Below are positions 18,415 to 27,301 of a stretch of DNA of 64,000 nucleotides, piece after piece. The notes under the pieces were generated by a model. That model was not told the origin of the DNA, ran no database searches, and was given only the letters and a program-made list of their open reading frames with translations. This DNA comes from Candidatus Curtissbacteria bacterium RIFCSPLOWO2_02_41_11 (GTDB taxonomy: Bacteria; Patescibacteriota; Microgenomatia; Curtissbacterales; GWA2-41-24), in the NCBI GenBank assembly GCA_001775055.1, contig MFBU01000014.1:120535-184534 (forward strand), in the 5' to 3' direction. Position numbers and translations under genes: made by a program. Position 1 is the stretch's first letter, and each line of letters opens with the position of its first letter.

Positions 18415-19589
18415 AAATCAAAAATCAACCCGTCCTTGACCGAGTCGAGACGAGGTCGGGAAAATCAAAAATCAAAAGTTATCAGGACCTTACAATCGCA
18501 ACAGTTGGGTCTCACTCTGCCCTTGATATTTGTCGCGGTGCCAAAGATGAAGGTTTTAAAACATTGGTTGTTGTTGAGAAAGGACGTGATCAAACCTATG
18601 TCAACTATTTTAAATCAGCCCGTCCTTCGACAAGCTCAGGACCTTCGGGTTGCGTCGATGAAGTTGTATATGTTGATAAATTTAAAGACATACTTTTGCC
18701 AAAAATCCAAAAAATCTTAAAAAATAAAAATTGTATTTTCATCCCTCACCGTTCATTTGAAGTCTATGTTAGCGATTATGATGCCATTGAAGATAAATTT
18801 GATGTCCCCATTTTTGGCAACCGCTATCTTTTGCGCTTTGAGGAAAGAAACGAAAAACCTAATCAGTACGATCTTTTAGAAAAGGCCGAAATAAGATATC
18901 CAAAAATATTTAAAGACCCTAAAGATATTAACACCATTGTTATAGTTAAAGTAAATGAAAAAGAAAGAAGGTTCGAAAGAGCTTTTTTCTTAGCAACTTC
19001 TCATGCGCGGTATAAATATGAGTCAGAAAGGCTAATCAAGGGTGGGGTTATTACTAAGATAGACCTTAATGCCGCTATTATCGAAGAATTTATTTTAGGT
19101 GTTCAAGTAAATTTTAACTTCTTCTATTCACCAATTAATCGTCGATTAGAGTTAGTTGGAACAGACACCAGAAGACAGACAGATTTAGAAGGAATTTTAA
19201 GGTTGCCTATTAACCAACAAGAGGAACTCTTTGAACTTAAAAGAATATATCCTCAATATGAAGAAGCAGGTCATATAGCAGTTACCACCTTGGAATCCAT
19301 GCTTGAGCCGGCTTTTGAAATTGGAGAAAAATTTGTAAAAGCCACAAAAGAAATGAAACCACCTGGTGTCATCGGTCCCTTTGGACTCCAATCGGTAATT
19401 ACCCCAGGCCCCCCAAAGAAAGAAATTGTCGTTTTTGACGTTTCACCCAGAATGCCCGGTTCGCCGGGGATTTCTAGCACCCCTTACAGCGGCTATCTTT
19501 ATGGGAAGAATATCAGCATGGGCAGGCGGGTTGCCATGGAAATTAAAAAAGCAGTCGCCATAAAGAGACTTTCAAAAATAGTCACATGA
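18411..19589 (+). CDS. purP: second PurP-family ATP-grasp paralog (FAICAR synthetase-like)
   Basis: IATVGSHSALDICRGAKDEGFKTLVVV, IPHRSFEVY, FGNRYLLRFEER, FYSPINRRLE, GPFGLQSV. Carries an extra GC-rich in-frame insert (SARPSTSSGPSGCVDEV) absent from paralog 1. Confidence 0.8.
   Translation: MKIKNQPVLDRVETRSGKSKIKSYQDLTIATVGSHSALDICRGAKDEGFKTLVVVEKGRDQTYVNYFKSARPSTSSGPSGCVDEVVYVDKFKDILLPKIQKILKNKNCIFIPHRSFEVYVSDYDAIEDKFDVPIFGNRYLLRFEERNEKPNQYDLLEKAEIRYPKIFKDPKDINTIVIVKVNEKERRFERAFFLATSHARYKYESERLIKGGVITKIDLNAAIIEEFILGVQVNFNFFYSPINRRLELVGTDTRRQTDLEGILRLPINQQEELFELKRIYPQYEEAGHIAVTTLESMLEPAFEIGEKFVKATKEMKPPGVIGPFGLQSVITPGPPKKEIVVFDVSPRMPGSPGISSTPYSGYLYGKNISMGRRVAMEIKKAVAIKRLSKIVT
18620..18660. 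repeat. same-family GC-rich element (reverse orientation: CGAAGG-t-CCTGAG-cttgt-CGAAGGA), in-frame in purP paralog 2
   Basis: Plus strand gTCCTTCGacaagCTCAGGaCCTTCGggttgcgtcg. Encodes SARPSTSSGPSGCVDEV, absent from paralog 1. Confidence 0.6.
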
Positions 19590-20986
19590 CGAATAACGAT
19601 ATACCTTTAAACCAGTTAACTGCGATTAGTCCCCTAGACGGGCGCTACCGTGACAAAACTAAGGAGCTTGCCGAATATGTTTCTGAGTACGCTTTAATTT
19701 CTACCAGATTTGAAATAGAGGCTAAATATTTGGTTGCTCTTTCAGATATTAAAGTTATCAGAAATTTAACCGCCAAAGAGAAAACAAAACTCAACTTGCT
19801 TGGTTCAAAGATTACCTTAGCTGATGCCGTGATGGTTAAGAAAATTGAGGAGGAAACCAGACACGATGTCAAAGCGCTGGAGCGGGCATTTCGCCAAATG
19901 GTTAAAGGCACAAGTCTAGCGGATATTACGGAAATGATTCACTTTGGGTTAACTTCCGAGGATGTTAACAATCTTGCTTATCGTCTGATGTTAAGAAGAG
20001 CAACTGATAATGTTTGTGTTCTGATTTTAGATGAATTGATCGATCAGCTCACAGAGCGGGCACAAAAATATCTCTCCATCCCAATGCTGGCACGGACTCA
20101 TGGGCAAGCGGCTGTACCAACAACCGTCGGTAAAGAACTGGCTGTTTTTGCCACAAGGTTAAATTGGCAAGTTTTAAAACTTAAAGAATATCAACTTACG
20201 GGAAAATTAACCGGTGCGGTTGGTAATTTTAACGCCCTACAACTTACTCACTCTACTGTTGATTGGCTGAAATTTTCACAAGAGTTCATCAAGCAGTTTA
20301 GTTTTAAGCCAAATTTGGTTACCACTCAAATAAACCCCTATGAGGATATAATTGAATTTTTTCAAATTTACACGCGAATTAATAGTATTATCATTGATTT
20401 TGCTCAAGATATCTGGCGCTATATTAGTGACGATTGGTTTGTCCAGGAGGTTAAAAAAGGAGAAATCGGTTCATCAACCATGCCTCAAAAAGTAAATCCG
20501 ATTGATTTTGAAAACGCTGAGGGTAATCTGACTTTAGCCAACGGAATTTTGGAAACTCTTTGTCGAAAGCTGGCTATTTCCCGTTTGCAGCGAGATCTAA
20601 CAGATAGCACTACTATTCGCAATATTGGTTCTGCCTTAGGTTACTCGCTTATCGGTTATAAAAGTATTTTAAGTGGCCTTGCCAGAATCCGCCCGAATGT
20701 CGAAAAACTTGAGAAAGATTTAAATCGCGATTGGTCAATTCTCGCAGAGGCTGTCCAAACTCTACTTCGAAAAGCCAAAGTATCTGATCCTTACTCACTT
20801 ATTTCCTCATTAACCCGCGGTGAACATATCAACGAAGAGAAGTGGCAAAAATGGATCAGGAGTTTGCCAATTAAAAACGACCTCAAAAGTACTCTTGCCA
20901 AACTAATGCCCTCGACTTATATTGGACTTGCCGAAGAAATTACCAAAAGAGCTGCCAAAGAAATTAAAGCATCAAGACATAAATGA
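19586..20986 (+). CDS. purB: adenylosuccinate lyase
   Basis: SPLDGRYRDKT N-terminal motif. Fumarate-lyase family signature region GSSTMPQKVNPIDFEN. Confidence 0.9.
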   Translation: MTNNDIPLNQLTAISPLDGRYRDKTKELAEYVSEYALISTRFEIEAKYLVALSDIKVIRNLTAKEKTKLNLLGSKITLADAVMVKKIEEETRHDVKALERAFRQMVKGTSLADITEMIHFGLTSEDVNNLAYRLMLRRATDNVCVLILDELIDQLTERAQKYLSIPMLARTHGQAAVPTTVGKELAVFATRLNWQVLKLKEYQLTGKLTGAVGNFNALQLTHSTVDWLKFSQEFIKQFSFKPNLVTTQINPYEDIIEFFQIYTRINSIIIDFAQDIWRYISDDWFVQEVKKGEIGSSTMPQKVNPIDFENAEGNLTLANGILETLCRKLAISRLQRDLTDSTTIRNIGSALGYSLIGYKSILSGLARIRPNVEKLEKDLNRDWSILAEAVQTLLRKAKVSDPYSLISSLTRGEHINEEKWQKWIRSLPIKNDLKSTLAKLMPSTYIGLAEEITKRAAKEIKASRHK

Positions 20987-21510
20987 CAAAACCGCAAGTT
21001 GGCATTATCATGGGCTCTGATTCGGATCTGCCAGTGATGACCGAGGCCACTAAAATCTTGGACGAGTTGGGGATAGAAAATGAAGTTTTGATTCTTTCCA
21101 CACACAGAGTGCCTGAGCAAACTGCCCGTTATGCCAGACAAGCTAAAGATCGCGGCCTCAAAGTTCTAATCGCCGGCGCCGGCGGAGCTGCAGCTTTACC
21201 TGGATCACTTGCCTCTCTTACCACGCTTCCCGTGATCGGTGTTCCAATCAAAACAAAATCAATGGAAGGGTTAGATTCGTTGCTTTCCATTGCCCAAATG
21301 CCACCCGGTGTTCCGGTTGCCACAGTTAGCGTCAATGGCGCCAAAAACGCTGGTATTTTGGCAGCTCAAATAATTGGAGTTTTCGATTCCGAAGTTGCTA
21401 AAAAAATTGCCGATTATAAAAAAAAACTAAAAAATGAAGTCTTGGCTAAAAATTTTCAATTACAAAAATTAGGTTGGCCTAAATATCTTAAACAGTTAAT
21501 GACTAAATGA
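20983..21510 (+). CDS. purE: N5-carboxyaminoimidazole ribonucleotide mutase / AIR carboxylase catalytic subunit
   Basis: VGIIMGSDSDLPVM ... IAGAGGAAALPG is the PurE signature. Confidence 0.9.
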   Translation: MTKPQVGIIMGSDSDLPVMTEATKILDELGIENEVLILSTHRVPEQTARYARQAKDRGLKVLIAGAGGAAALPGSLASLTTLPVIGVPIKTKSMEGLDSLLSIAQMPPGVPVATVSVNGAKNAGILAAQIIGVFDSEVAKKIADYKKKLKNEVLAKNFQLQKLGWPKYLKQLMTK

Positions 21511-22478
21511 TTGATCAAAAAACCATTACCAAAAATATTTCATCCGCTATCGATAAAATAAACTATTCCAAACTCGGTAAAAGGTATAGCGGAAAAGTGC
21601 GGGATTGGTACAAACAAGAGCATTTCAGAATTTTGATTGCCACAGATAGAATTTCCGCTTTTGATAGAGTTTTAGGACTTATTCCTTTCAGGGGTGCAGT
21701 CTTAAATAAACTTTCCCAATTTTGGTTTGAAAAAACGCGCGATATTGTTCCCAACCACATGATCGGGGTGATTGATCCAAATATCATGCTGGTGACCGAA
21801 TGCCAAGCCTTGCCCGTTGAGGTGGTAGTTCGTGGCTATATTACCGGTGTAACCAGCACCTCACTTTGGAGAAAGTACTCGGAAGGGGAACGCGTCATTT
21901 ACGGAATTAAATTCCCCGAAGGTTTAGTTAAAAATCAAAAGCTTAAGAATCCGCTAATTACGCCAACTACCCGTGGAACCGGTCCTAGCGGTCATGATGA
22001 GCCGATAACCGCTGCGGAAATTATTAAGAAAAAATTAGTGCCTTCCTCACTCTGGAAGCAGATCGAAAAAGTTGCCTACAAACTTTTTGAAAGAGGCAGT
22101 CAAATTTGTCAAAAAGCCGGTTTTATTTTAGCCGATACCAAGTACGAGTTCGGTTTAGATAAAAAAGGCCGCTTGACACTTATCGATGAAATTCACACTC
22201 CGGACTCAAGCCGGCTCTGGGTCAAAAAGACCTATCCTGCGCGTTTCAAAACAGGGGAAGAGGTTGAAAATTATGATAAGGAGTTTATGCGACTTTGGTT
22301 TGCCCAGCAGGGTTATATGGGAAGCGGTAAGCCACCCCAAATGCCTAGTGATTTAATTGTTAAAATAGCCCAGCGCTATATTGATGCATGCGAAAATATA
22401 ACAGGCGAAAAATTCGTCATTGATCTAACAATTCCTCCCAAACAAAGAATTTTAGAAAGTCTCTCAAAATTGATATAA
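21507..22478 (+). CDS. purC: phosphoribosylaminoimidazole-succinocarboxamide synthase (SAICAR synthetase, long form)
   Basis: YSGKVRDWY, ILIATDRISAFD, ADTKYEFG are PurC motifs. About 320 aa, the long (yeast-like) form. Confidence 0.9.
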   Translation: MIDQKTITKNISSAIDKINYSKLGKRYSGKVRDWYKQEHFRILIATDRISAFDRVLGLIPFRGAVLNKLSQFWFEKTRDIVPNHMIGVIDPNIMLVTECQALPVEVVVRGYITGVTSTSLWRKYSEGERVIYGIKFPEGLVKNQKLKNPLITPTTRGTGPSGHDEPITAAEIIKKKLVPSSLWKQIEKVAYKLFERGSQICQKAGFILADTKYEFGLDKKGRLTLIDEIHTPDSSRLWVKKTYPARFKTGEEVENYDKEFMRLWFAQQGYMGSGKPPQMPSDLIVKIAQRYIDACENITGEKFVIDLTIPPKQRILESLSKLI

Positions 22479-22484
22479 TGCCTC

Positions 22485-24026
22485 ATGGTTGCAGTCATTA
22501 ACTTCGGTGGGCAGTACGCTCATCTTATTGCCAGAAGAATTAGGGAACTTGGCGTAAAAAGTGAACTGATTAGTCCCGATAGTAATATTTCTACTGTAAA
22601 AAAATTAGCCCCTCAAGCTCTAATTTTATCTGGGAGTCCTTTCTCCTGCTATGAAAAAAATGCCCCAAAGGTAGATCTTAAAATCTATGAGCTTGGTCTG
22701 CCGATACTTGGTATTTGCTATGGTCAGCAATTGATGGCCGTACAACTTGGTGGTCAAGTTTCGTCCCATTCCTCAAAACAATTTGGCAGGGAACTTCTGA
22801 AAATTACAACGTCGGCCCTATTTGAGAATCTTAAAAGTTCGCAAACGGTTTGGTTCTCTCATGGCGATCAAGTCGACAGACTTCCCACAGGTTTTAAAAT
22901 AATTGCTTCAAGTAAAAATGCCAAGATTGCCGGCATGGAAGATTCACAAAGGCGATTTTATGGAATCCAATTTCATCCTGAGGTAACCCATACACCGAAT
23001 GGTGAGGTAATCCTATCGAACTTTCTTTTTAAAATTGCCAAGGCCAAAAAAGATTGGAATCTAAAATCTCTCAAGGAAGACATAGTTAATAACTTAATAA
23101 AGAAAATTAAAAATCAAAAAGTAGTGATGGCTCTGTCCGGCGGAGTTGATTCATTGGTTGCCGCTACCTTGTTGAAGGAAGCAATCGGCGATAATTTGTT
23201 TTTAGTTTTTATCGATACTGGGCTACTTCGCAAATATGATCTTGAAGATCTGGAAAATGTTGTTAAAAGTGTCAATTTCAAAAACCTGCCTGCCGGCAGG
23301 CAGGGATTCAGAATAGTTAACTCGCAAAGTCGTTTTCTTAAAATTCTCCAACGCGTCAATGATCCTGAAGAAAAACGAAAAGTTATTGCCAAACTTTATT
23401 TTGCGATCCTAGAGGAAGAGGCCAAAAAAATCGGCAATGTGACTTTTTTGGCCCAAGGCACAATTTATCCAGATCGAATCGAATCAGCAAAGCCTTCCAA
23501 ACATGCCGACAAAATCAAAAGCCATCACAATGTTACCTTGCCGAAAGGTCTTAAATTAAAAATAATTGAGCCTTTGGGGGAATTTTACAAAGACGAGGTC
23601 AGAAAATTGGGTAAAATCTTAAGAATTCCACAAGAATTCTTAAACCGCCATCCGTTTCCAGGACCTGGCCTAGCGATTAGGATTTTAGGAGAAGTGACTG
23701 AAGATCGACTCAAGATTCTAAGGGAGGCTGATGCTATCTTTATTGAGGAGTTAAAGAAAGCAGGTATATATAATAAGGTAGGACAAGCATTGGCTGCGCT
23801 TTTACCTGTTAAATCGGTTGGCGTAATGGGTGACGCACGTACTTATTCATATATCATCGCTTTAAGATCGGTAGATACTGTCGATTTTATGACCGCCGAC
23901 TGGTCAAAAATTCCAAGCGATGTCATGGAGAAAGTCTCATCACGAATTGTCAATGAAGTACGAGGAGTCAACCGTGTCGTCTACGATATCACTCAAAAAC
24001 CTCCGGCCACCATTGAATATGAGTAA
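22485..24026 (+). CDS. guaA: GMP synthase (glutamine-hydrolysing)
   Basis: GATase domain with ICYGQQ (catalytic Cys). PP-loop ALSGGVDS. C-terminal GMP synthase dimerisation domain. Contains a 27-nt GC-rich palindromic insert encoding NLPAGRQG. Confidence 0.9.
   Translation: MVAVINFGGQYAHLIARRIRELGVKSELISPDSNISTVKKLAPQALILSGSPFSCYEKNAPKVDLKIYELGLPILGICYGQQLMAVQLGGQVSSHSSKQFGRELLKITTSALFENLKSSQTVWFSHGDQVDRLPTGFKIIASSKNAKIAGMEDSQRRFYGIQFHPEVTHTPNGEVILSNFLFKIAKAKKDWNLKSLKEDIVNNLIKKIKNQKVVMALSGGVDSLVAATLLKEAIGDNLFLVFIDTGLLRKYDLEDLENVVKSVNFKNLPAGRQGFRIVNSQSRFLKILQRVNDPEEKRKVIAKLYFAILEEEAKKIGNVTFLAQGTIYPDRIESAKPSKHADKIKSHHNVTLPKGLKLKIIEPLGEFYKDEVRKLGKILRIPQEFLNRHPFPGPGLAIRILGEVTEDRLKILREADAIFIEELKKAGIYNKVGQALAALLPVKSVGVMGDARTYSYIIALRSVDTVDFMTADWSKIPSDVMEKVSSRIVNEVRGVNRVVYDITQKPPATIEYE
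23279..23305. repeat. 27-nt GC-rich element with perfect 20-bp palindrome CCTGCCTGCCGGCAGGCAGG, inserted in-frame in guaA (copy 1 of 2)
   Basis: caaaaacctgcctgccggcaggcaggg. An identical 27-mer is at 48863-48889. Confidence 0.9.
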
Positions 24027-24570
24027 GCTGAAGCTTTCAGATCTAGTTGTGGTCACTACCAATAAGGATAAGCTTGCCGAAATTAATGAAATCTTAGGAA
24101 CCAATCACAAAGTTTCCAAAAACGATATTACCGAGATTCAGTCATTGGATCTTGATGAGGTGATTGCCGATAAAGCCAAAAAAGCTTATCAGATTGTTAA
24201 AAAGCCGGTTTTGGTGGAAGATGTAAGTCTGGAAATTAAATCACTTAGCGGATTGCCCGGGCCATTGGTTAAGTTTTTTCTCAAGACTCTTGGTACCGAA
24301 GGAACCGTCAGACTAGTTAAAGGCAAAGATACGACTACTCGCGCGATCTGTGCCTTGGCTATTTATGATGGTAAAATCCTTAAAATTTTTAGAGGTTTCT
24401 CTTATGGAACATTATCAGAAGAAAACAGAGGAAGTTTTGGTTTTGGTTTTGACAAAGTCTTTATTCCCAAAGGTTACACTCAAACTTTTGCCCAAATGCC
24501 GCCATCTTTAAAAAATCAAATTTCCCACCGTGCCAAAGCCTTAATGCAAGTCAAAAAGTATCTTGGCTGA
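24019..24570 (+). CDS. rdgB: non-canonical purine NTP pyrophosphatase (Ham1/RdgB/ITPase family)
   Basis: The ORF begins at 23920 inside guaA in another frame. Start is placed at ATG 24019 (MSKLKLSDLVVVTTNKDKLAEINEIL, matching the LVLATGNKGKLRE Ham1 N-terminus). Length is about 183 aa. Confidence 0.75.
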   Translation: MSKLKLSDLVVVTTNKDKLAEINEILGTNHKVSKNDITEIQSLDLDEVIADKAKKAYQIVKKPVLVEDVSLEIKSLSGLPGPLVKFFLKTLGTEGTVRLVKGKDTTTRAICALAIYDGKILKIFRGFSYGTLSEENRGSFGFGFDKVFIPKGYTQTFAQMPPSLKNQISHRAKALMQVKKYLG

Positions 24571-24629
24571 TCGAATTTCTTTTAGACATTTGACAGCAGA
24601 TAACAAGTGTTTTATTCTTAAGCACAAAA

Positions 24630-25784
24630 GTGATCAAAAAACTTCTTTTTATTGCCATAGTTATTTTAGTGCCTCTTTTGATAGTTGGCTCGGTTTTTGC
24701 CAAGGAAGTCAAAGATCAAAATAAAAACATAGTTCTTCCAAAAGACGAAATTGTCAATAAAGATTATTTTGCAGCAGGCGAGACTGTCACCCTTGCCGGC
24801 ACGATCAATGGCGATGCCTATTTGGCCGGTGGTACCGTCAATATTGAAGGACGAGTAAACGGTGATCTGATTGCTGTTGGTGGCATAGTCAATGTTCGAG
24901 GCAAGGTAGAAAATGACGTCCGAATTGGTGCCGGCCAAATTATCATCTCCGGTGAAATCGGTGGCAATGCTACAACTGGTGCCGGATCGGTCAGTATTAC
25001 TGATTCAGCCAAAGTTAACGGAAGTTTAGTATCAGGTTCTGGCAATCTTTCTATATTTGCTCCAATTGGCAAAGGGCTGACCATTGGTGCCGGCAACTCT
25101 ACCATCGGCAGCGAAGTTACAGGTGATATTACAGCAGGTGTTGGTCAACTAACCTTCACTCCCAATGCTAAAGTTTCGGGAAATGTAACCTATTGGAGTG
25201 ATGTCGACGCACAGATTCAACCCGGGGCTCAAATCTTAGGTAAGATCGTGCATAACTTTCCCCCAAAACCAGACAAAGAAAAAGCTGCCAAAGCCATGGG
25301 TACTTTTGCCTTGGCAGTTAAGGTTATTAGCTTTATTTCTGCCTTAATTATCGGTTTTCTACTGATAAAGTTTTTGCCCATCTTTACCCAAAGAACGGCA
25401 AACACTATTTCCAAGAATGCCCTAAAAAGTCTTGGTATGGGAATTTTAGCTCTGATTTTGACCCCAATTATCGCCGTGATTTTACTAGTTACTATAGTTG
25501 GTATACCTCTCGCTTTTATACTATTAGTAGCTTTTGCAATCGAACTTTATCTTGCCAAAATTTTTGTCTCTCTGGTGATTGGCCAAAAAATCTTAAAATT
25601 CTTAGGCCAGAAAGCAGGTAATGGCTGGTCGCTTGTCTTAGGTTTGATAGTTTTCATGATTGTCACAATGGTTCCAATAATTGGATGGATAGTGGCACTA
25701 ATTGTCTTACTTCTTGGTTTAGGAGCAATAGTTCTCCAAAAGAGAGAAACCTTTCTTCAGATAAGTAACAAAAAGCTTATTTAA
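24630..25784 (+). CDS. membrane protein with bactofilin-like (polymer-forming, beta-helical G-x-V/I-x-I repeat) domain and C-terminal TM helices
   Basis: Signal/anchor N-terminus. Repeated GDxYLAGGTVNIEGRVNGDLIAVGGIVNVRGKVEND-type beta-helix repeats. Four C-terminal TM helices. Confidence 0.35.
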   Translation: MIKKLLFIAIVILVPLLIVGSVFAKEVKDQNKNIVLPKDEIVNKDYFAAGETVTLAGTINGDAYLAGGTVNIEGRVNGDLIAVGGIVNVRGKVENDVRIGAGQIIISGEIGGNATTGAGSVSITDSAKVNGSLVSGSGNLSIFAPIGKGLTIGAGNSTIGSEVTGDITAGVGQLTFTPNAKVSGNVTYWSDVDAQIQPGAQILGKIVHNFPPKPDKEKAAKAMGTFALAVKVISFISALIIGFLLIKFLPIFTQRTANTISKNALKSLGMGILALILTPIIAVILLVTIVGIPLAFILLVAFAIELYLAKIFVSLVIGQKILKFLGQKAGNGWSLVLGLIVFMIVTMVPIIGWIVALIVLLLGLGAIVLQKRETFLQISNKKLI

Positions 25785-26446
25785 TACTTCGATATTGACC
25801 GCAGATGTCTCAATGATAAATCAGTTAGTGAATCTAAGATTAAATCTGCTTTTGTCAGATCTTGCTTTGGGGTGTGGGAATTTTTAACAGCAATACAAAA
25901 ACAACCGGCAGCTTTTGCAGCAGCAATTCCATTGGTGGCATCCTCAAGAACCACGGCTTGAGACGGCCTAATACCTAATTTCTTTACTGCGATAAGATAA
26001 GTTTCAGGGTCCGGCTTTCCGCGTTTAACGTCATCACCAGAAACAATCACATCAAAATAGTCTGCAACTTTAAGTTTTTCCAAAACGATGTTTATGTATT
26101 TTTTCGTACCGGAGCTTGCCAATGCAATTTTAAATTTATTTTGCCTGAATAATTTTAGAGATTGAAAAAGTCCGGGCATTACTTGTAATTTTTTCCTTAC
26201 TAACTCAAGAAATATCGCTGAGCGCTTCTCCCTCAAATCTTCAAGATTAACGCCCAATTGGAAATAATCAATAAGATTCTTTAAAATGTCCGAAACTCTC
26301 ATCCCGATAAATTTTGCCCTAATATGCTCGGGCAATTTTTTTTGACTGACCCCATATTTTTGAAGAACTTTATCAGAGGCTTCCGTGTGTAGCGGATTGG
26401 AATTGACCATCAAATCATCTAAGTCATAAATAATTGCTTTAATCAT
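25781..26446 (-). CDS. HAD-IA family hydrolase (beta-phosphoglucomutase/phosphatase-like)
   Basis: Motif I IIYDLDDLMVNS (DxD). Motif III/IV K...VLEDATNGIAAAKAAG. Length is about 220 aa. Confidence 0.7.
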   Translation of the reverse strand: MIKAIIYDLDDLMVNSNPLHTEASDKVLQKYGVSQKKLPEHIRAKFIGMRVSDILKNLIDYFQLGVNLEDLREKRSAIFLELVRKKLQVMPGLFQSLKLFRQNKFKIALASSGTKKYINIVLEKLKVADYFDVIVSGDDVKRGKPDPETYLIAVKKLGIRPSQAVVLEDATNGIAAAKAAGCFCIAVKNSHTPKQDLTKADLILDSLTDLSLRHLRSISKY

Positions 26447-26502
26447 GCATATATTTTAGCAACTTATGGGTTAGAAAGGTTGATATAATCAAATAAGTTT
26501 AT

Positions 26503-27276
26503 GTGAAACGTTTATCTCTGATTTTTGCGGTATTAGCAGTTCTTTTAATTGGCGCCGGCTTAGGGTTTTTCATATCTCAAACCTCAAAGTCCAATCCAGA
26601 CCAGTCAGGACAAAATCAATCGGTGAGTCGGATTGAAGGCGAAAAGACAGGTCAACAATTACCGTCACCAACTATTTTAGCGGGACAAAGAATCAAAGTA
26701 ATAAGAATTATTGACGGTGATACTATTGAAATTGAAGGCGGCCAAAAAGTCCGCTACATTGGTATTGATGCTCCTGAAACTGTCCATCCCGATATGAAAG
26801 TACAATGTTTTGGAAAAGAGGCAGCAGTCAAAAATAAAGAATTGATCGAAGGCAAAATTATCGAGCTTGAAAAAGATGTCTCAGAAACTGATAAGTATGG
26901 AAGGCTATTGAGATATATCTATAGTGATAATATTTTTGTCAATGACTTTCTGGTAAGACAAGGTTTTGCTCATGCCTCAACTTATCCGCCGGATGTTAAA
27001 TACCAAGATCAGTTTCGTCAGGCCGAACAAGAAGCCCAAGAATTTAATCGCGGACTTTGGGGAGTTTGTCAGTCAACTTCCTCTCAACCCTCTTCATCCT
27101 CTCAACCATCTGATTGTTTAATCAAAGGCAACATTTCATCATCCGGCGAAAAAATTTACCACATGCCCGGCCAGAGGTATTATGACAAAACGGTCATTGA
27201 TGAGAATAAAGGCGAGCGCTGGTTTTGTTCTGAGGATGAAGCAGTCTTGGCCGGCTGGCGCAAATCAAAAATATAA
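26503..27276 (+). CDS. secreted thermonuclease (staphylococcal nuclease/SNase-like) with C-terminal small Cys-containing domain
   Basis: N-terminal TM/signal. VIRIIDGDTIEI ... VRYIGIDAPE is the SNase signature. C-terminal KGNISSSGEKIYHMPGQRYYDKT...WFCSEDEA domain. Confidence 0.7.
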   Translation: MKRLSLIFAVLAVLLIGAGLGFFISQTSKSNPDQSGQNQSVSRIEGEKTGQQLPSPTILAGQRIKVIRIIDGDTIEIEGGQKVRYIGIDAPETVHPDMKVQCFGKEAAVKNKELIEGKIIELEKDVSETDKYGRLLRYIYSDNIFVNDFLVRQGFAHASTYPPDVKYQDQFRQAEQEAQEFNRGLWGVCQSTSSQPSSSSQPSDCLIKGNISSSGEKIYHMPGQRYYDKTVIDENKGERWFCSEDEAVLAGWRKSKI

Positions 27277-27301
27277 AAGTTATAATAAGTAAGTACAAAA
27301 A

